Below, piece by piece: positions 11,702 through 22,407 of a stretch of 64,000 nucleotides of DNA (its first letter is position 1; every line of letters starts with the position of its first letter). The stretch covers positions 2,542,001 to 2,606,000 of the forward strand of contig OX337235.1 in assembly GCA_946965045.2 (NCBI GenBank). Reading direction: 5' to 3'. Source of the DNA: Epithemia pelagica. Lineage: Eukaryota > Protista > Bacillariophyta. The translations under genes were made by a program, and so were the position numbers. The notes under the pieces were generated by a model. The model was not told where the DNA came from, searched no databases, and saw only the letters and a program-made list of their open reading frames with translations.

Positions 11702-13048
11702 CTACGATGACTTTGGGTGGTCTTCCTCGTCACTGTCTTCGGTGGATTGCAGACCAATCCATTTCAACACACGGCTCTTGATATGTTTTTGGTATGGATA
11801 GGTTTGCCAAAACACCCAGATAAAGACATATTTTTCCCATCCAGAACCAGGAACCAACATGTTGACAAAAGTGGAGACCCATCCAAGAAGGTCCAACATG
11901 TCAAAGCGATGAATCCAGGTTCGTACCAGGTCCAGATAGGGAACCAAAAGGGGGAACCCGTGCCAAACCACTGCCAGATCCAGCCAGCTCCTGGCCGCCT
12001 CGCGGTCCTGGTAAAGTCGCGTCGATAGGTCCATCATGGCACCACAAAAGAGAAGACTCACCCAAAACGTTATTCCGGTATAATCGCAGTATCGGGCATT
12101 GACCTTGGAGAGAACCAAAAGGTTCCACCAGACAGTCCCATAGGTAATCTTTTCGTATCCAACAAGGGTTTTGGGCCATTTGAGAAAAAGTCGAAGGACA
12201 AACGTCGTTATCAAGAGGTGAAACCCTTCCAACATCAAAGCCAAAACGTGGCCGACCCCCAGTATAACAAAAGATGCTGTGAATACACACGTTAGAGTAA
12301 AAGTATATGAACCGAGAAGAAACGTCTGCAGTAAGATCACCATTGGAATCACAGTGTTGCAAATGACATCTTTGAACTTGGGTTGCACCGTACGGCCCTT
12401 GTTTTGTTGTCGTTCATCCATGGAAAGAAGTGAATGTTTTTCTTCCCCAAAACTAGAAATAAGTCGACACTGCTCATCAAGCGTCAAAAATGCTTCTGTT
12501 GCATTCGTGTTGTTGAAAGCCAATGATTCGAAATGGATAAAATTTACGGACGCTGTACTGTTATTCGCCTCGGCTGTTTTATTCGACTGTTCGTGAAGGT
12601 TCATTCCGGTCACTGCCGTATTTACTGCACCATCCATGAGCGAAATGGCTCGACTGCAACTCTCTGGGAAGGGAATATCGCTTGGTCCTTGGTAATTGTC
12701 AAAGTCCATCTTGGCCGTGACACCTTCTGGGTCCACAATACAGGCAGGCAACAACTGGACCACTATGCTAAGTTGTTGAAGGCAATCCACATTCAAATCG
12801 GACAGTGCCTTGGTTTCCTCACGTCCAAGCGGCCACGACAAGACGGCCGACCAGGCTCCCACCACCACAAAGAGAAGGGTAAAAAACGCGACTCGACGAA
12901 AGGGATAGTGATGCCCGTACCATGATTCCTTGTGGAGACGACTCTGAAAATTGGCTTGAGAAATCACAGCATGAAAGAATCCAATGGGCTTCAACGTAAT
13001 GTTTTCCACTGTCGTGGTCGTTGCTTCTGGAGACTCTGCCATTGCCAT
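11702..13048 (-). CDS. Multi-pass membrane protein, unknown function
   Basis: Long ORF with several hydrophobic segments (AFFTLLFVVVGAWSAVLSW; IPMVILLQTFLLGSYTFTLTCVFTASFVILG; ITFWVSLLFCGAM). Start placed at MAMAES. Confidence 0.65.
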   Translation of the reverse strand: MAMAESPEATTTTVENITLKPIGFFHAVISQANFQSRLHKESWYGHHYPFRRVAFFTLLFVVVGAWSAVLSWPLGREETKALSDLNVDCLQQLSIVVQLLPACIVDPEGVTAKMDFDNYQGPSDIPFPESCSRAISLMDGAVNTAVTGMNLHEQSNKTAEANNSTASVNFIHFESLAFNNTNATEAFLTLDEQCRLISSFGEEKHSLLSMDERQQNKGRTVQPKFKDVICNTVIPMVILLQTFLLGSYTFTLTCVFTASFVILGVGHVLALMLEGFHLLITTFVLRLFLKWPKTLVGYEKITYGTVWWNLLVLSKVNARYCDYTGITFWVSLLFCGAMMDLSTRLYQDREAARSWLDLAVVWHGFPLLVPYLDLVRTWIHRFDMLDLLGWVSTFVNMLVPGSGWEKYVFIWVFWQTYPYQKHIKSRVLKWIGLQSTEDSDEEDHPKSS

Positions 13049-13554
13049 GGTATGAGGCTTTTGTGTCCGTTTCCGTCTTGGTCGATTGGATTGACACACA
13101 CTTCGGGTAATGCCATTTTTTGCCAAAAACACACGATTGAAAGATACACTACCGCATCGTCCAAGGGTAAACATGTACATAATATTTTACACAATGACTC
13201 TGTGTCACGCTCAAGAGTGTGGTCGTGCTTCCGAATGGGATCTTTTCAGTAGGGTAGCTACCAGGATTAAATATTCCCCTAGTAGTAGGAATACTTTTAC
13301 TCCTACTCCTACATGTGTTCGTAGTTCGTTGAGTCCAAACAGGAACCCAAGGAGCAAAGAGCAAGGCTCCGTCCACAAGATGCAACCTTTCTCCAGATAG
13401 GGAGGGGGAGATAGGGTTGGGGCTGAGTTCATGGTTGAAATGACCCGTCGTGCCACATTGGTATCGTCTAGGTTGCCATTCCTCGGGAGTTTTTTTCTAT
13501 GGACGGATGGATGGATGGTTCGTAAGTTGTGTTGTATCTCTCTTTCTTGTCGTG

Positions 13555-15891
13555 TTATTGATTCCAATCGTCCTTCCCGGTTCGAATCGCATCTTGTACG
13601 ACCGTGGGCAAGGCTTCGACGGGTCCGACCCGGGCCGGTGGCCACAAACGAATGACGGGTCGTCCGACAATGTTGGAGACGGGCAAGGATTGCCAGACTC
13701 GGGAATCAATCGAGACGGATCGACAATCGCCCAAGACCGCAACGGCGTTGGGGGGAACGACAAATTCCAGCGGTTCAATGTATCGTTCCAACAATCCCAA
13801 GGGTTCCTGACTGCACAACGATCGATCTTCGACGGGTTCCATACCATTGATGCGGACCGTGCCCTTGGAATCCACAACGGTCACGACATCTCCCGGTACC
13901 GCTGCAACGCGTTTGACAAACAAATCGCGGTCCCCAATCGTTCGGCCACTACTACTACTACCACCATTGGGTGTTCTTGCTGCTGCTTGTTGTTGTTGCT
14001 GTTGAATCCAGTTTTGCAATTGCAATGGAGGACGAAACAAGACGACATTGCCGACCGTCGGTGTGGAAACGGAGGTTTGGCCCGGAACGAGTTGTGTCGC
14101 GAGAGCCGCGAGACGAGGCGTTACTTTTTCGACCAAGACGACATCTCCTCGGAGCAAGGTGGGTTCCATACTTTGACTGGGAATGACAAAGAAGGAGACA
14201 AGTTGTGAAATGACAAGGGCCGAAACGAGGCCAGTCATGGCCGTCACGAGAGACCCCACGGCCGACAAGATGTTGTATTGAGTCGGTGTCACCAAGTGCG
14301 GAATGTCTTGTTCGGCGATTCGTACTGGCCAGGCTCGTTCCAATTGAGGAACGAGGGGATACAAGGGTTTTAATTCATAGTCCACACCAGGTTCATGAAA
14401 AAACACGTCAATCTCGTCGTCGTTGTCGTCATTTGTGGAGGTCCCAGTTGTCGTCCTGGTGGTCGTCGTCGTTTGGGGTGGCGTGGAGTGGGAGGATGCG
14501 TCGGGAGGAGGAGAAGATGGACGGACCATGCGCAAGACTCGATACTCGACACCCGGATACACCCCGGCTTGAAACATGGCGGGACGTTGGGACAAGGTTT
14601 GCAAGACGGGTACGACAATGCGTCCGACACGAAGCAAGGGTTCTTCTTGTGGCGATTGTCCTGGTGATGCATCCGCCTGGTTGTTGGACGACGATGACGA
14701 CGACGAGGTAACTTGTTCTCGCATATCGGGCCAGGCTTGCAAGGCCCAACGACGAATTCCAGTCGTGTCGTCGGGTGGTTGGGAGCGTGACTGTTGCGGT
14801 TGTTGTGAAGACGACATGGCCGTATAGGGATGATGCAATTGGACTTGCACTTGCACTTGAACGGGTTGGTGGGCCTTGTCCCAGGCGGACATGGCATTTG
14901 GGTCGTCCATGTCGGATTCGTCATGGTCGTCGTCAACCCCCAAGACACGACTCAATAAGGGCGTTTCCATCAGGGGGGCACCCCATTCCGTGGCCTGTCC
15001 CAATCGTTCGTCCTTTACCAGAAATGACGATGAGGACGATGTCGACACCCCAAAGCGCATGCCCGAACGCCATTCGACATCAAATTTGCGACCCCATTGT
15101 TGTTGTCCGACCAGACGCAGGGCAAAACTCACGTCGACAAAGTCGTCGTCGTCCGTGTCGTTGTTGTTGTCGTCGTCGTCTTTGGAACATGGCAAGCGTT
15201 GCACATACAACCCCACCGTTTCCTTCTTCTTATTGTTGTTGGCTGGATCAAACATGGAGGCATAACTCATGCCAAAGCCACCTCCGGGACGCTCTTCGGG
15301 TGCCATAGAGGAGGAGGACGATGACGAACCGAAATTCCAGCCCGTCGCTTGTTGTGGTTGTTTGCCACGAGGATAGAGCTTGACACAAAAGCGATAGGAC
15401 TTGATTCGTTTTGTTTCTTCTTGTGGTTGTGGTGGAGTGGAGGAGGATGGTACGGACATGGTAAAGGGTGCACTCGATACACTTTGACCGGCCGGGACTT
15501 GCATCAATTGGGAATAGGATGGAAATTCGAGCGTCGTGGCAAAGGTGGCCCTGGAATGGGCAGTGGATGGAGGACGGTCCTGCTCTTGTTCTTTGTTTTC
15601 CTTTTGGGAATGGTTGTGGTCGTCCCATGGAGTGTTGTTGTTATTGTTTGAATCCAACCAGGGATCCGAAGAGGACGACAATGACACAGACGACCTTGGG
15701 GTTGGAATCTGCGACAAACAGTGCGGTTGTCGTTGTTGTCGTTGGAATGTCGGTCCAGGTCCATATCGAGCCGTCGTACTGGTACTACTACTAGTACTCG
15801 TAAAGGCCTCAACCATTGAACTCCTTGCCGAATGGCACACGACCAGGACCACCGCGACCCAGAGAAAAAGAGTGGATCGAACGGTTGTCAT
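13555..15891 (-). CDS. lepB: Plastid/thylakoid signal peptidase I (S26A) with an N-terminal MATH-like domain
   Basis: Catalytic IPSQSMEPTL (Ser) and LFVKRVAAVPGD (Lys), plus VLGDCRSVSIDSR. Bipartite presequence ends ...SMVEA/FTS. Upstream FATTLEFPSYSQL, YRFCVKLYPRG, VGLYVQ, VDVSFALRLVGQ and EWG resemble MATH strands. Confidence 0.85.
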   Translation of the reverse strand: MTTVRSTLFLWVAVVLVVCHSARSSMVEAFTSTSSSTSTTARYGPGPTFQRQQRQPHCLSQIPTPRSSVSLSSSSDPWLDSNNNNNTPWDDHNHSQKENKEQEQDRPPSTAHSRATFATTLEFPSYSQLMQVPAGQSVSSAPFTMSVPSSSTPPQPQEETKRIKSYRFCVKLYPRGKQPQQATGWNFGSSSSSSSMAPEERPGGGFGMSYASMFDPANNNKKKETVGLYVQRLPCSKDDDDNNNDTDDDDFVDVSFALRLVGQQQWGRKFDVEWRSGMRFGVSTSSSSSFLVKDERLGQATEWGAPLMETPLLSRVLGVDDDHDESDMDDPNAMSAWDKAHQPVQVQVQVQLHHPYTAMSSSQQPQQSRSQPPDDTTGIRRWALQAWPDMREQVTSSSSSSSNNQADASPGQSPQEEPLLRVGRIVVPVLQTLSQRPAMFQAGVYPGVEYRVLRMVRPSSPPPDASSHSTPPQTTTTTRTTTGTSTNDDNDDEIDVFFHEPGVDYELKPLYPLVPQLERAWPVRIAEQDIPHLVTPTQYNILSAVGSLVTAMTGLVSALVISQLVSFFVIPSQSMEPTLLRGDVVLVEKVTPRLAALATQLVPGQTSVSTPTVGNVVLFRPPLQLQNWIQQQQQQAAARTPNGGSSSSGRTIGDRDLFVKRVAAVPGDVVTVVDSKGTVRINGMEPVEDRSLCSQEPLGLLERYIEPLEFVVPPNAVAVLGDCRSVSIDSRVWQSLPVSNIVGRPVIRLWPPARVGPVEALPTVVQDAIRTGKDDWNQ

Positions 15892-16473
15892 TGTCGTCGT
15901 CGTCGTAACGATGTAGAGCCAAAGACAAAACTCCACACTGTGTAATTGTGGTAACCAAAGGTTCTACAGTGTAGCCTTTTCAAAAGATGCAAGCGTTGAG
16001 GACGATAATGAGATTGTTGCTAGGAGTCTTCTCCAAGAGTAGTGTGTCCCTTGATTTATATAATAGAGTATCTTCACACCTCGCTGTCTTTTGTGTGTTC
16101 GGGGTGTGGTCTCTTTCTCTTGTGTTGGCATATCTTTCTTTGGCATTTCCACATTTCACACTTGCGTGGTCGAATGACGTCTCGTCTTCTGCAGTCTATC
16201 CGCGACCGACAGAAACTTTGCCTCGCCCGGCGCTCTCATGTGTTTCCTGGATTCTTTGGCGCGCGCCGATGGAAGGTGAGTCGTATATCCTGCGGCAACG
16301 GAAGGTCCTCACAAGATCCACACACCCACAGACCATAATCATTCGGATCCTGCTGATGCATTGCATCGTATTTGTGATCCAAAAGGCGGAGGAACAAAAC
16401 GAAACGGGGCCCACAAGTCTCTTTTGTCGTGGAACAGGAACGGAGGAGGGAAGTGGGTGTACTTTGAGAGGGC

Positions 16474-16491
16474 AGAGAGAGAGAGAGAGAG
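16474..16491. repeat. (GA)n microsatellite in the SPase/TM9SF divergent intergenic region
   Basis: cagagagagagagagagagg. Confidence 0.8.
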
Positions 16492-16595
16492 GTGAAACCA
16501 AACGAGCCAACCCACAACACGCATTCCATCTACAGGGTGGCACAAACCAAAGCAAAACAATACTCAAGGACAAAGAAAGAAGGAAGGATTCCACC

Positions 16596-19500
16596 ATGGC
16601 CCATGCCACCAGTGCTGCTACAGCACGTTCTTCGAGGAGGAGGAGGACAAGGATGACCAGAGTGTCGTTGCATCGGTTGCCACAAGGATGGTGGTGGGTG
16701 CTCCAAGTATGGGCGATGGTGCTCTGGTCGTTGTCCAACTGGTGCCGCATCGTCTTTGTTTCACCTGTACACGCCATTTACGTGGAGTATCACAAACCCC
16801 ACTCGCATGCCAAGGGTGATCGTCTGGACGTGGTGTGGAATACCTTTACCTCCCCCCATTCCTTGTCCACCATGGATGTCTCCAAATTGGCACCCTCCTT
16901 GTGGCCGCACTGTCGTGCTAAAAACGAGCCAGAGGAGGAGGAGACGGCGACGGCCACCCCGACTGGAACTGAGACAACCACCACAACGCCATTGCCAGAC
17001 GAACCATACTCGTCGTCATCACACTCATTGCGGAGTCGCGTCCCCTCCTCGCGATGGCAAGAAGCGGTCCATGCCTTGCATGGGGATTTTGTCGTGGAGT
17101 CGCCCTGGCCCATTGAGTTGACCGTGATGCAAGACGTGGCGTGTCAAGCCGCCTGTTGGGTGGATTTGGAACGCGACAGTCGTAGTTGGTCGGCCTGGCA
17201 GACCGTCTTGGAGCGGGCCATGCAAGCCCGCGTCCAAATCGATGACTTGCCCGTGGCCTATACGTGGCAAACGGCCCAGCAAATTTCCACACGCTATTGG
17301 GGTGGCATTCCGCTGGGAGAGAAACAACCAGACGATCTAGACGATGATGACGACGATGACTGGATGGACCGTGGACCCCAACGACAACGACGAATGGCCG
17401 ACGACTATGACGAATCCAACCAACGGCCACCGGGCGTGGTGATTTCTTCCACCCACGTTCATCCCCATTTGCAACAACAACAACAAACACTTCAATCCTT
17501 GCAGCACCAACAACAACAACAAGCATCACAGCCCAATTATCGCATTTACAATCATTGGAACATTCAAATTTGGGTGCGTCTCGTGTCGGGGGAGGAACCG
17601 GATGACGATGACAATGATCGTGATTCGAACCGTACCACCAACGACAATGACGACGACGAGGACACGGGCAACCGCACCACGTTGTCGACGGCACGCTATC
17701 AAGTCGTGCGCACCGTGATTGAACCACTCAGTCTCGGTCGCAACCTGGTAATGGTCAATACTACTACCAACAACAACCCCGAACAACCACAAGAACAAGT
17801 GCCCTGGGTGGAACCCGACACGTGTCTCGAACGACCCGACGGCGAATGGCAAACCCTGTGGCAAAGTACCAGCACCAATTCGACGGATCCCCAACGACGA
17901 CGCGCCCAAGTGTTGTTTACCTACAGTGTCGAATGGAATCTCGTGAATGACACCAAGGACGACGATGACAAATTCAAACGATGGACCGTTTTTTTGACCA
18001 TGGACCATGCCGTCCCGCGGTCCTTTCAATGGGCCGGACTCGTCTTGGCCTTGATTTTCAATCTCATATTGTATGCGGCCTTGATTGTCTGGGTCTGTCG
18101 CGATTTGAGTTACAAACCCATTTATCAACAACCATCCTCTTCTTCCTCCCGGCATGATGAAGATTGGGAATCCTCATCCTCCCTGGACCAGAACCAAACT
18201 GCCGCTGCCAACAACCACAACAACCACTCAAACAACAACAACAACAACAACAATATGCCATTTCAACGTGAGAGTCTTCCTCCCGACGAAGAATGGGCTA
18301 CCGATCCGGATTCCTTCGTCGACGAGGACGACACCAACAACAACACGACAGAGGAGGCGAATGATATTGATGCCGAGGAGAAATTGACCGACGAGGACGA
18401 CGTGGTTCTGGTTCGACCTCCCACCTTGGTCCGCCGTCCATCCAACTCTTCCTCCTCTCTGTGGACCAAACGGGTACGTACCGAAGTTCAATTGTGGCCC
18501 TTGTCGACCCAAGTGTTTGCTCCACCCCGTCATGTGCCGTGGCTCTTGTGTACCCTGTGTGGGACGGGTGGACACTTGTTTGTGACCACCTTGTTGTTTA
18601 TCATTTTCTATCGATTGGGCATTATCAATCAAAGCATTGGTCCCAACATTGTGACACCGGCCGTGGTCTTGTATACGCTCTTGGCACCCCTCGGAGGACT
18701 CGTGACGGGCCGCATGTCGGCCATGTTTCATGCCACCACGCAAGGGGCCCTCATCACCACGGCTCTCACGGCCCTGGCCTATCCCATTGTGGGCATGATT
18801 GTTGTGGGCTTTTGTTACAATGTCTTTCCCGATGACTATGCACCCAATTACAATGCCTGGGCCCATGGATCGCCTCTCCTCATGATTTGGATGTGGCTCA
18901 TTGTACCACTCACCATGGTGGGTGGATATCTGGGACAGTATCTCGGACCTGTCCGGGATTTCCCCATTGTCGCACGAGATCAAGGCTATCAAGAATTGCG
19001 TTTGTTGCTTCAAGAAAAACAAGAACGAGAGGATGATGAATGGAATGACTTTTATGACGACGACGACGACATGAGAGTCGATCCAACCACCAAATCCTCC
19101 GGCTTTGAAACAAACCATTCTCCGGGCAGCTTTCGCTACTATCTGGCTTGGATTCGTCATGCGGCCATTGTCTGTTGGAACAAGCATCCCACTACTTGGC
19201 GCACCATTCTGGTGGTCTTGACGGCGGGGATTCCACCCGTCTTGTGTTGTTTTGTGGCCTTTTCCTATGGGATTGCCGGTCCCGTCATTTTGGGATACTA
19301 TTCCTCGACCGAGGTCATGTCGATTGCTCCCTTTGTCTTGTTTGTTACCTGCGCCGCCGGTGTTTCCGTACTCTTGTATTACCGTCAACTTCGGTCCTAC
19401 CAGTACGCGTGGTGGTGGCCCGCCTTTGTCAGTGGCGGAGCCTGTGGCTTTCATTTGTTTCTCTTGACCTTGTCCTGGTTGTTTTTCAATGTTTCTCGAG

Positions 19501-21572
19501 GCAATGTCCCAGCCGGGACCTTTGCCATTTACCTCTTTTGGTTTGCCTACATTTGCATGGGCACGACCCTTGTGTGTGGTGCGGCCGGTGTGGCAGCCTG
19601 CATGATTTTGACGCACTTTTTGTATGTCTACAACAACACGGTCGATTTGGACCAGGAGGATGATCCCGATGTGTCGTCTGTGTATGGAGAAGAGGATGAC
19701 ACGGAGGATTTGGATCGACGAAACGACGAGGTTGGGACATTTGGGTTTGCGGGATTTGGTCGACAACTGGTCGGATATCATGGCAAGGGGCGGAGACACT
19801 CATCCTTGAGAATGATGACGACATCTACCACCACCACTACTACTACTCTGTCTCGTGTACCGGAAGAGACGGAAGAAGACATGATAAGCCGGAGTAGCAG
19901 TAGCAATGGCAGTCGGGCAGGTTCGCCTGTGGGGTCCTTTGCGGACGACCAATCGCCCGAGGCCAACAAGAATAGTGTCGGCCACCAAGGGCAACCATTG
20001 GACATGAGAATACCTCCACTGGCAACCCGTATATCCAGAAATTTGCTCTTTCATGCCATGGTCGAAGAAGAAAAGAGTAACAAAGACACGGACGGTTCTC
20101 GTCAACAGGATTATGCCATTTTCGAAGAAGACGATGGTGGCGCCGGTCAATTGATCCCTCGGCGGTTGCCCATGCTGGCTGTCCAGAATGAACAGACAAG
20201 CGCAAACGGCATGGAGGAGCTTGACCCTGTGGAACAAACGAGGAATCACCTAAATGCACCCGTTGTTGTCACACCGGAGGGCCGTCTCAGCAGCAGTCGG
20301 GGCTTTTCTCTCATGGAACGGAGCCCTTCTCTAGAGACTGGTTCCAAAGGCGTCGTCTTTGTAGATGACGACGAACAAACACAAGAGAGTCTCCAGTCAG
20401 ACGTTTCGTACAAGCACGATCGTATGGTGCACAACGATGAACCAATGCAAGGAGGACTTGTCGTCCCACAAACACCACACATTGACAATCGCACCGTCAT
20501 CCAGAACAATGCCTCCTACCATAACAGAGATATTCAAACGAAAATGGCAGAGGAAACCTCTGTGCGTGTGGGTGGAGTTCTTCCCCCTGTCCCGTTGGCC
20601 CACACAGCTGTCATTCCGAGCCGGGATCCACCACCTCCTCCTCCACCACCACCACCCCCATCATCACGTCGTAGTAAAAAGCGGCAGTTGTCATCTCGAT
20701 CCATACCAAACGTCATGGAAGCAACGTCCTCTCATGCTCATATTCCTACGCTTCCTACGACGTATGAGGATGAAGAAATGAGTGAACCTCATCGGTTTCC
20801 GCCATCCGACGACAATTCGGAATCCAGGTCATCCTCACAACCTTCTACTGCACAGCATACGTACAATGACCATAGCGATGAACCAGAGCCAGTTTTGGCG
20901 GAGGAGGATGACAGTTTGGTAGAATCACTACAGTTACCCTCGACAGTCGTAGATTCGGCACAAAAGTCTGTGTCATCCTGTCACACTCCGATTCCAAAAC
21001 AATCGAACAATGACTCTTACGATCAAGACGTGAAAGCAGCACCGCAGCCCCCATCACATGACAGTTCTGAATCGCAGCTGTCTATCGTCAGCTTGGCGAA
21101 ACAACCAAACAGGAGTACTTGTTCGGAGCCTGATCGGACGATTGGACAAGAGCAAGGGTACCAAGATGACCTTTCTGTGGCATCCAAACGTAGTCGAAAA
21201 CAGTCAGAACCAACAGCACAAGAAAACACAGATGAGGGGTCAGCACAGGTGCCACCCTCACCGTATGGCGACGATCCGAATTTTGCATTGTCATCGCCTC
21301 CGAAAAGAGAAGGAACGGACAATCTTCATAACGGATCAACGGCCCGAGATGACTCGACCAATCCTGAGCTGGTCGTGCAGGGAACCAGTAGCAGTATCAC
21401 CAATGGTAGCAATCCGTTGGTTGCGGGGAAAAGTATGGATGAACTCTCGATTGTGCGACTTGTCCCACGTCTTCGTGAGGAGGAGGGGTTTCTAGAAAGC
21501 GATGCATTACAACGCAAGGTTGACGAAACCAAGAGTCAAGAGGAAGGGAGCGAACGTTCGACTTGTAATTGA
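16596..21572 (+). CDS. TM9SF: Nonaspanin/TM9SF (endomembrane protein 70) with a long disordered C-terminal tail
   Basis: RVQIDDLPV, YRIYNHWNIQI, VLFTYSVEW, QVFAPPRH...LCGTGGHL and YYRQLRSYQYAWWWPAFVSGG, with multiple TMs. Start placed at ccaccATGG (16596) although the ORF is open from 15987. Confidence 0.85.
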   Translation: MAHATSAATARSSRRRRTRMTRVSLHRLPQGWWWVLQVWAMVLWSLSNWCRIVFVSPVHAIYVEYHKPHSHAKGDRLDVVWNTFTSPHSLSTMDVSKLAPSLWPHCRAKNEPEEEETATATPTGTETTTTTPLPDEPYSSSSHSLRSRVPSSRWQEAVHALHGDFVVESPWPIELTVMQDVACQAACWVDLERDSRSWSAWQTVLERAMQARVQIDDLPVAYTWQTAQQISTRYWGGIPLGEKQPDDLDDDDDDDWMDRGPQRQRRMADDYDESNQRPPGVVISSTHVHPHLQQQQQTLQSLQHQQQQQASQPNYRIYNHWNIQIWVRLVSGEEPDDDDNDRDSNRTTNDNDDDEDTGNRTTLSTARYQVVRTVIEPLSLGRNLVMVNTTTNNNPEQPQEQVPWVEPDTCLERPDGEWQTLWQSTSTNSTDPQRRRAQVLFTYSVEWNLVNDTKDDDDKFKRWTVFLTMDHAVPRSFQWAGLVLALIFNLILYAALIVWVCRDLSYKPIYQQPSSSSSRHDEDWESSSSLDQNQTAAANNHNNHSNNNNNNNNMPFQRESLPPDEEWATDPDSFVDEDDTNNNTTEEANDIDAEEKLTDEDDVVLVRPPTLVRRPSNSSSSLWTKRVRTEVQLWPLSTQVFAPPRHVPWLLCTLCGTGGHLFVTTLLFIIFYRLGIINQSIGPNIVTPAVVLYTLLAPLGGLVTGRMSAMFHATTQGALITTALTALAYPIVGMIVVGFCYNVFPDDYAPNYNAWAHGSPLLMIWMWLIVPLTMVGGYLGQYLGPVRDFPIVARDQGYQELRLLLQEKQEREDDEWNDFYDDDDDMRVDPTTKSSGFETNHSPGSFRYYLAWIRHAAIVCWNKHPTTWRTILVVLTAGIPPVLCCFVAFSYGIAGPVILGYYSSTEVMSIAPFVLFVTCAAGVSVLLYYRQLRSYQYAWWWPAFVSGGACGFHLFLLTLSWLFFNVSRGNVPAGTFAIYLFWFAYICMGTTLVCGAAGVAACMILTHFLYVYNNTVDLDQEDDPDVSSVYGEEDDTEDLDRRNDEVGTFGFAGFGRQLVGYHGKGRRHSSLRMMTTSTTTTTTTLSRVPEETEEDMISRSSSSNGSRAGSPVGSFADDQSPEANKNSVGHQGQPLDMRIPPLATRISRNLLFHAMVEEEKSNKDTDGSRQQDYAIFEEDDGGAGQLIPRRLPMLAVQNEQTSANGMEELDPVEQTRNHLNAPVVVTPEGRLSSSRGFSLMERSPSLETGSKGVVFVDDDEQTQESLQSDVSYKHDRMVHNDEPMQGGLVVPQTPHIDNRTVIQNNASYHNRDIQTKMAEETSVRVGGVLPPVPLAHTAVIPSRDPPPPPPPPPPPSSRRSKKRQLSSRSIPNVMEATSSHAHIPTLPTTYEDEEMSEPHRFPPSDDNSESRSSSQPSTAQHTYNDHSDEPEPVLAEEDDSLVESLQLPSTVVDSAQKSVSSCHTPIPKQSNNDSYDQDVKAAPQPPSHDSSESQLSIVSLAKQPNRSTCSEPDRTIGQEQGYQDDLSVASKRSRKQSEPTAQENTDEGSAQVPPSPYGDDPNFALSSPPKREGTDNLHNGSTARDDSTNPELVVQGTSSSITNGSNPLVAGKSMDELSIVRLVPRLREEEGFLESDALQRKVDETKSQEEGSERSTCN

Positions 21573-22407
21573 CGACTTCAAGATGATCTCTAGCTCAAAC
21601 TGAACTGACCAGATTGTTTTCTCGAGGAGAAAATCTAAATAATGGAAACTTCTGGCGGTTTACATAGAAAACTACGCGCAACGTTCAACTTGATGGTGAG
21701 TAATACTGTTCTACAGCTTGAATCAGCACCACTCGCTATGACGGGGTCCTCCTCCTCCAGTGTCCGGGGACGACACGAGTCAATGGTGAAGGGAAAGATG
21801 CGCTTTTTGGAAACTCTTTTCCACGTCAAACACAAGAGAATTCCACGGGCTTGACCCGACTCGAGCTTTTCGTGGTATTGTCCAACTTCGTCCAATGCCA
21901 CCCGATGGGCAATGTTTGGTTTTATTTTCTTGGTCTGCAAGGATTGGAACTGCGTTTCGACATTTCTCTGTAGGGGTTATAATAACAAGAACGATACAAA
22001 ATGCCTGCTGGCAGTACGGCAATCACCCATTCTTCAAGTGCAGTTTTCAGAACTGTGCAGACTAGGACACATATCTTGTAGACCTCTGGATTGCTTCTGT
22101 AGCTTTTCCACAGATCGACTACTTTGATGTTGGAGGAGAACATGGTATGGAACCGATCCAAGTGTGCCGAAAGGGGAGCGCCAAACATGTCCACTCGTTG
22201 TTTCAAGAGGGAAGACTTGCTGTAGCATATCAGAGAATGATCTGGTTTCAGACTTGCCAAAACGGTGGGAGACAACGACAATGTGTGGCCCACGCCGTCA
22301 AAGACCATGTCCATTTGACCTTGAAGTTCGGCGGGCCATTCCTCGGGGTTTTCGGGCAGGGGTTTGGCTCCCAGACTGGTCTTGATGTACAAGTGTCGAT
22401 TTTCCGG
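21522..22407. repeat. Direct duplication, copy 1 (TM9SF 3' end + intergenic + MDR gene 3' part)
   Basis: Begins gacgaaaccaagagtcaagagg and ends gtcgattttccgg. Colinear with 25425-26396. About 95% identical in the exon segments compared by eye, with deletions around 21717-21740. Confidence 0.95.
21635..22407 (-). pseudogene. 5'-truncated duplicate of the MDR oxidoreductase 3' half
   Basis: Encodes ENRHLYIKTSLGAKPLPENPEEW...VYK and QTKKIKPNIAHRVALDEVGQ. There is no 5' exon, the intron donor is changed GT to AT (TAC AAG ATATGT), and the native stop is deleted. Confidence 0.9.

Noticed and set aside
15987-16595. N-terminal 203 aa of the TM9SF ORF
   Set aside because: Runs through the divergent promoter and a GA microsatellite. 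A signal peptide and good start context appear only from 16596.
18228-19799. 523-aa minus-strand ORF
   Set aside because: Antisense shadow of the TM9SF transmembrane region.
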